Made by a program: the position numbers and the translations under genes
DNA from: Longivirga aurantiaca
Lineage (GTDB): Bacteria > Actinomycetota > Actinomycetes > S36-B12 > CAIYMF01
Direction: 5' to 3'
DNA: 32,000 bases
Assembly (NCBI RefSeq): GCF_042660085.1
Contig: NZ_JBHSTI010000008.1
Coordinates: forward strand, 210,001 to 242,000
The notes under the pieces: generated by a model
Database searches by the model: none
What the model saw: only the letters and a program-made list of their open reading frames with translations
What the model was told of the DNA's origin: nothing
In this document: one piece after another, positions 28,995 through 32,000 of the stretch
Position numbering within the stretch: the stretch's first letter is position 1
Layout of the letters: the number at the start of each line of letters is the position of its first letter

Positions 28995-29912
28995 ATGACC
29001 GCGTTCGACGACCTGCTCGCTGCCGGGCCCGCCGCCATCGACGGCGGGCTCGCCTCCGAGCTCGAGGCGCGCGGCCACGACCTCACGGGGATCCTGTGGT
29101 CCGCGCGGCTGCTGCGCGACGACCCCGACGCCATCCGCGACGTGCACCGGTCGTACTACGAGGCCGGCGCGACCGTCGGGATCTCGGCGTCGTACCAGGC
29201 CTCCCGCTCGGGTTTCGCCCGTCAGGGTCTCGACGCCACCGACGCCGACAGGCTGCTCGCGCTGTCGGTGAAGCTGCTGCGCGAGGCGCGCGACGCCTCG
29301 ATCGGCGACCACCCGATGCTGGTCGCCGCATCCGTCGGCCCGTACGGCGCGACCCTGCACGACGGCAGCGAGTACCGCGGCCATTACGGCGTCCCGCACG
29401 CCCGGCTCGTGGACTTCCACGTCGAGCGCCTGCGCGTGCTGCTCGACGCCGAGCCCGACCTGCTCGCGATCGAGACGGTGCCCGACGTCGCCGAGGCCTG
29501 GGCGTTGATCGCCGCGCTCGACGAGGTGGGCAGCGACGTCCCCGCCTGGCTGTCGTTCTCGTGCGCCGACGACTCCACCACGTGCGCCGGGCAGCCGATC
29601 GAGGACGCCGTGGCGGTCGTGGCGTCGTCGTCGCGCCTGTCGGCGATCGGCGTCAACTGCACCAAGCCCGAGCACGTCGGCGGCCTCGTGGCGCGCATCC
29701 GCGCATCCGCTCCGCAGCTGCCGCTCGTCGTCTACCCGAACGCCGGCCGCGTGTGGGACGGCGAGGCCTCGATCTGGCTCGGCGACGGCACCGACGTTCT
29801 GCCGGACCCTGCGGTGCGCTCGTGGTTCGACGCCGGCGTCGGCCTCGTCGGCGGGTGCTGCGGCCTCGGCCCGGCCGCCATCGAGCGCGTCGCGGCGGTC
29901 GCGGCGAGCTGA
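28995..29912 (+). CDS. mmuM: Homocysteine S-methyltransferase
   Basis: 305 aa; AIDGGLASELEARGHDLTG.LWSARLL...IRDVHRSYYEAGA...GVNCTKPEHVGGL...GVGLVGGCCGLGPAAIERV with zinc-binding CC. Confidence 0.92.
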   Translation: MTAFDDLLAAGPAAIDGGLASELEARGHDLTGILWSARLLRDDPDAIRDVHRSYYEAGATVGISASYQASRSGFARQGLDATDADRLLALSVKLLREARDASIGDHPMLVAASVGPYGATLHDGSEYRGHYGVPHARLVDFHVERLRVLLDAEPDLLAIETVPDVAEAWALIAALDEVGSDVPAWLSFSCADDSTTCAGQPIEDAVAVVASSSRLSAIGVNCTKPEHVGGLVARIRASAPQLPLVVYPNAGRVWDGEASIWLGDGTDVLPDPAVRSWFDAGVGLVGGCCGLGPAAIERVAAVAAS

Positions 29913-29955
29913 CCGACCCCGGGCGGCCGGCACGCGTCGTGCCCCGCCGATCGCG

Positions 29956-30957
29956 TCAGGCGCTCGCGGCCGTCAGGCTCATCGCGTCGGCGAGGATGTC
30001 GAGCGAGCGCAGGCGCGAGGCCACGCTGCTCGCCTGGTGCACCACCATGAGCTCGTCGGCGTCGGCGTGCTCGCGGAACTGCTCGAGGTAGTCGCGCACG
30101 ACCTCGCGCGTGCCGATCGCGGCGTAGGTGAGCATCTCGTCGATGTGCGCCATCTGCGGCGACGCGAGGACCAGGTCGATCTCGTCCTCGGTGAGCGGCG
30201 CGCGCCCGCGCCCGAAGAACGTCTGCACGCGCATCCGGCGTACCGCCTGCAGCTCGGCGTCGGCCTGCGCCTGGGTGTCGGCCGCGATCACGGTGACGCC
30301 GGCGACGACGTACGGCGAGTCGAGCTGCTCCGACGGCTGGAACGTCGATCGGTAGATCGCGACCGCCTGCTGCAGCGAGTGCGGCGCGAAGTGCGACGCG
30401 AAGCCGAAGGGAAGCCCGAGGTGCGCCGCGAGCTGGGCGCCGAACAGCGACGAGCCGAGGATGTAGAGCGGCACGTCGGTGCCGCGGCCGGGGGTGGCGT
30501 TGACACCGGGGATGCGGGTGCGGTCGGTGAGATAGCCCTGCAGCTCGACGACGTCCTGCGGGAACGTCTCGGCCGCGGCGGGGGAGCGGCGCAGCGCACG
30601 CAGGGTCTCCTGGTCGGTGCCGGGCGCGCGGCCGAGGCCGAGGTCGATGCGGCCGGGGTGCAGCGTGGCGAGGGTGCCGAACTGCTCGGCGATCACGAGC
30701 GGCGAGTGGTTGGGCAGCATGACGCCGCCCGCGCCGAGCCGGATCGAGTCGGTGTGCGCGGCGACATGCGCGATGAGCACGCTCGTGGCCGAGGACGCGA
30801 TCGACGCCATGTTGTGGTGCTCGGCGTACCAGATCCGGTGGTAGCCGAGCCGCTCCGCACGGCGCGCGAGGGCGACGCAGCCGTCGAGGCCGTCACGGAC
30901 GGACTCGCCCGGTGCGACCACCGCGAGGTCGAGCACGGAGAGCGGTACGGCGGACAA
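29956..30957 (-). CDS. LLM class flavin-dependent oxidoreductase (MsnO8-like)
   Basis: 333 aa, TTG start; [15 protein letters not shown]...[75 protein letters not shown]. Confidence 0.94.
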   Translation of the reverse strand: MSAVPLSVLDLAVVAPGESVRDGLDGCVALARRAERLGYHRIWYAEHHNMASIASSATSVLIAHVAAHTDSIRLGAGGVMLPNHSPLVIAEQFGTLATLHPGRIDLGLGRAPGTDQETLRALRRSPAAAETFPQDVVELQGYLTDRTRIPGVNATPGRGTDVPLYILGSSLFGAQLAAHLGLPFGFASHFAPHSLQQAVAIYRSTFQPSEQLDSPYVVAGVTVIAADTQAQADAELQAVRRMRVQTFFGRGRAPLTEDEIDLVLASPQMAHIDEMLTYAAIGTREVVRDYLEQFREHADADELMVVHQASSVASRLRSLDILADAMSLTAASA

Positions 30958-31068
30958 CGGCGGCCTCTCGTCGGGGCGGGTGCCTCACGAGCATCGCACT
31001 TCATGCCGCTGTCGTGGCGGCCGGGCCGGCGCGCCTCGCAGCCGCGGGAATGGATGGTGGGGAGGCGT

Positions 31069-31111
31069 CGTTGCAGCGAATATACCCCATGGGGGTATAT
31101 TCGCTGCAACG
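31069..31111. promoter_or_regulatory. Perfect 20-bp-arm palindrome; candidate CsoR/CstR-type operator over a symmetric divergent promoter
   Basis: CGTTGCAGCGAATATACCCC-ATG-GGGGTATATTCGCTGCAACG; contains TTGCAG-N19-TATATT on both strands; GGAGG RBS at 31116-31120. Confidence 0.7.
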
Positions 31112-31125
31112 TACCGGAGGTCCTC

Positions 31126-31653
31126 ATGGCACTCGACGCACTGACCCGCACGGCCGTCACGGCGACCCTGCACTGCCTCACCGGCTGCGCGATCGGCGAG
31201 GTGCTCGGTCTGGTCCTCGCCACCTGGTGGGGCTGGGCGACGGCGCCGAGCATCGCCCTGGCCGTGGGCCTCGCGTTCGTGTTCGGCTACGCCTTCACCC
31301 TTGTCCCCGTGCTCCGCTCGGGGATGTCGGTGCGGCGCGCGGTCGGTGTCGCGCTCGCCGCGGACACGGTCTCCATCGTCACGATGGAGGTCATCGACAA
31401 CGGCGTGATGCTCGCGGTGCCGGGGGCGATGGACTCCGGTCTGGGTGACCCACTCTTCTGGGGCGCCCTCGTCTTCGCGCTGGTGGTCGCCTTCGTCCTC
31501 ACCGTGCCGGTGAACCGGTGGCTCATCGCGCGGGGCAAGGGCCACGCCGTCGTCCACGGCATGCACCAGGGGCACCGGGAGAACTCCGCGCACGACGACC
31601 ACTCCGCGCACGACGACCACTCCGCGCACGACGACCACTCCGCGCACGTCTGA
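31126..31653 (+). CDS. DUF4396-like small membrane protein with His/Asp-rich C-terminal repeat
   Basis: 175 aa from ATG 31126 (RBS GGAGG 5 nt upstream); LHCLTGCAIGEVLGLVLATWWG, about 4 hydrophobic segments, tail HQGHRENSAHDDHSAHDDHSAHDDHSAHV. Confidence 0.8.
   Translation: MALDALTRTAVTATLHCLTGCAIGEVLGLVLATWWGWATAPSIALAVGLAFVFGYAFTLVPVLRSGMSVRRAVGVALAADTVSIVTMEVIDNGVMLAVPGAMDSGLGDPLFWGALVFALVVAFVLTVPVNRWLIARGKGHAVVHGMHQGHRENSAHDDHSAHDDHSAHDDHSAHV
31585..31647 (+). repeat. In-frame 18-bp tandem repeat, 3.5 perfect copies (encodes SAHDDH)
   Basis: TCCGCGCACGACGACCAC x3 followed by TCCGCGCAC. Confidence 0.97.
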
Positions 31654-31694
31654 CCGGTCTCACCGGGGTTCGCCGCGTACGGCGGACCGCGCGG

Positions 31695-32000
31695 CTAGAG
31701 GCCCAGGTCGCGGCCGATGAGCTCCTTCATGATCTCGTTCGATCCGGCCCAGATCTTGGTGACGCGGGCGTCGCGCCAGGCGCGGGCGACGCGGTACTCG
31801 TTCATGAAGCCGTAGCCGCCGTAGAGCTGCACGCACGCGTCGAGCACGTCGTTCTGCACCTGGGCCGACCACCACTTGGCCTTCGCGGCGTCCACAGCGC
31901 TGAGCTCGCCGTCGCAGAACGCGAGCACGCACTGGTCGACGAACGCCTGCGACACCTCGATCTGCGTCGTCAGCTCGGCGAGCAGGAACTTGTTGTGCTG
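31695..32000 (-). CDS. Acyl-CoA dehydrogenase, C-terminal part (truncated by window end)
   Basis: Reads QHNKFLLAELTTQIEVSQAFVDQCVLAF...DACVQLYGGYGFMNEYRVARAWRDARVTKIWAGSNEIMKELIGRDLGL*, canonical ACAD C-terminus; frame open to 32000. Confidence 0.96.
   Translation of the reverse strand, partial: QHNKFLLAELTTQIEVSQAFVDQCVLAFCDGELSAVDAAKAKWWSAQVQNDVLDACVQLYGGYGFMNEYRVARAWRDARVTKIWAGSNEIMKELIGRDLGL

Noticed and set aside
29929-29943. GGCACG-CGT-CGTGCC mini hairpin between convergent mmuM and LLM genes
   Set aside because: Only 6 bp; may be a terminator but too weak to list as a feature.
30912-31448. 178-aa plus-strand ORF overlapping the DUF4396-like gene
   Set aside because: Arg/Gly-rich alternative frame; the 31126 frame is hydrophobic and has the RBS.
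30037-31653. 538-aa plus-strand ORF
   Set aside because: The 5' two-thirds are antisense to the LLM oxidoreductase; the real gene starts at ATG 31126 after a GGAGG RBS.
1-32000. CRISPR arrays, transposases, integrases, toxin-antitoxin or defence genes, tRNA/rRNA
   Set aside because: Looked for and not seen; the window is mostly housekeeping genes in conserved order.

Overview
High-GC actinobacterial chromosome segment. It is mostly the conserved S10-end/spc/alpha ribosomal protein region: rplP(3' end)-rpmC-rpsQ-rplN-rplX-rplE-rpsZ-rpsH-rplF-rplR-rpsE-rpmD-rplO-secY-adk-map-infA-rpmJ-rpsM-rpsK-rpsD-rpoA-rplQ-truA. This is followed by a carbamate kinase, an ABC-F ATPase, rplM-rpsI, glmM, glmS, a cold-shock gene, a minus-strand GNAT, acpS-nnr-alr-alpha/beta hydrolase, and the t6A set tsaE-tsaB-rimI-tsaD. 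The window ends with a small ABM-like protein, a homocysteine S-methyltransferase, a minus-strand LLM flavin oxidoreductase, a DUF4396-like membrane protein and a minus-strand acyl-CoA dehydrogenase (partial). I see no CRISPR array, phage, transposon, tRNA, rRNA or obvious defence system. The strongest candidate for something under-described is the 31.0-31.65 kb locus. There, a perfect 20-bp-arm palindrome with a TATACCCC-ATG-GGGGTATA core (CsoR/CstR-operator-like) lies immediately upstream of a small membrane protein that has an HCxxGC motif and a His/Asp tandem-repeat tail. Several strong intergenic hairpins and two probable leaderless promoters are also described. Family names are recalled from sequence motifs; no database search was run.
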